From the NCBI RefSeq assembly GCF_006345805.1, contig NW_021833412.1, positions 1 through 25,016 of the forward strand: a stretch of DNA of 25,016 nt, written 5' to 3'. Below are positions 24,006-25,016 of this stretch, one piece after another. The position numbers and the translations under genes are program-made. The notes beneath the pieces are model-generated. The model searched no databases. It was not told where the DNA came from and saw only the letters and a list, made by a program, of their open reading frames with translations. Positions within the stretch are counted from its first letter, which is position 1. Each line of letters begins with the position of its first letter. Source of the stretch: Octopus sinensis (taxonomy: Eukaryota).

Positions 24006-25016
24006 ATGAAACAGCTCTTCATTTTAATTATATTTTTTGAAAGTTGTAAATTTAATTGTATTTCAGGCTATAGGTCGTGCTTCTGCGATTGGACATTAAA
24101 TTACTGTGATCATCAGTGTTGCTGTGACAGAGATTGCTCATCCGATTTGATTAACCAATACGAAAATATGGGGAAATGTTTACTTAACATGTAAAATTAA
24201 TATTAACACTCCTAGAACAAGTTCATTATATTGCTTTGACAATTCTTTCATATCGTTTTATGAAGGTTTTGTGCATCAGAATAAAGGTGTATATTGCAAA
24301 GCAACACGTATTTATTATCACAAAATGTAACACAGAAAAGCCAATTGTAGACGTTTCAACTGCCTCTTGTTCCCCAACGAGCAATAATATTGCTATTCTT
24401 GAGGCATATAATTCATTAAAAAAATATTCGGAGTTCTCTCCCAAGCTTTTAAATGTAAAATAGTTTGTAATATTTCATAGGTTTACCCAAAACACTCAAA
24501 TTCATACTTTTTGAATGAAAATATATCAATCATGTTTATATTATCTGCATCTATAGCTTGCGTAGAAACCAAGTTAATAACAAAACGGAATTATGCTGCA
24601 ACATCAACAACATCGTAAGATTCGGGCAAAACATAACTTATAAGTATTCTATCATAAAGCAAACCAGTAGTTGCCCGAATATAACTCCATCTTGTTTTGA
24701 GCATTGGGCTGTACTTGAAAGTCCTGGTGCAAGTTCAAGAGTTGTCACCACAAAGACATGTTCCCCGTCAGTGAGTCGTGATTTTTTATCTTTAGTGCAA
24801 GACTAGCAATAATTTAGTAATCTATATTCAAATACTTCATACATTGTCGACTCTTCAATTTGACTTTGGAGCCATTATTAGACATGTTCACGTATTTATA
24901 GACAATAACACTACTGTATGAGTTAACATAATGTATAGAATACTCAAAAGAAAATTAATATACAATTTACGATATTAGTTCAGATCAATTATTAAGACTT
25001 AAACAAATAGAAACTA
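24006..25016 (+). CDS. TCTN: Tectonic-like gene, second copy, cut by the window end
   Basis: Same sequence as 2670-3680. Confidence 0.75.

Overview
Eukaryotic (animal) genomic DNA from a very compact genome with tiny spliceosomal introns (mostly 22-35 bp). A Snail-type zinc finger, a Tectonic-like ciliary gene and this intron size fit a dicyemid mesozoan best (inference; an orthonectid is the main alternative). Recognisable genes: MAPKAPK2/3-like kinase (minus, 10 exons), a short Tectonic-like gene, an intronless Snail-family factor, TRAPPC8 and TFIIS. There are three unidentified multi-exon genes and four decayed non-LTR retrotransposon fragments (two CRE-like, one R4-like, one APE-type). 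A 19-copy ~169-bp satellite with higher-order structure occupies 9484-12697. Bases 1-3680 recur at 21338-25016 and run to both window edges, so the window looks like one ~21.3-kb unit plus overlap (tandem amplicon, circle or assembly overlap). Strongest signal: a 56-bp U12-type AT-AC intron in TFIIS (20794-20849), implying a working minor spliceosome in a genome with otherwise miniaturised introns. Exon structures were read by hand and the copy comparison and GC values were done by eye.
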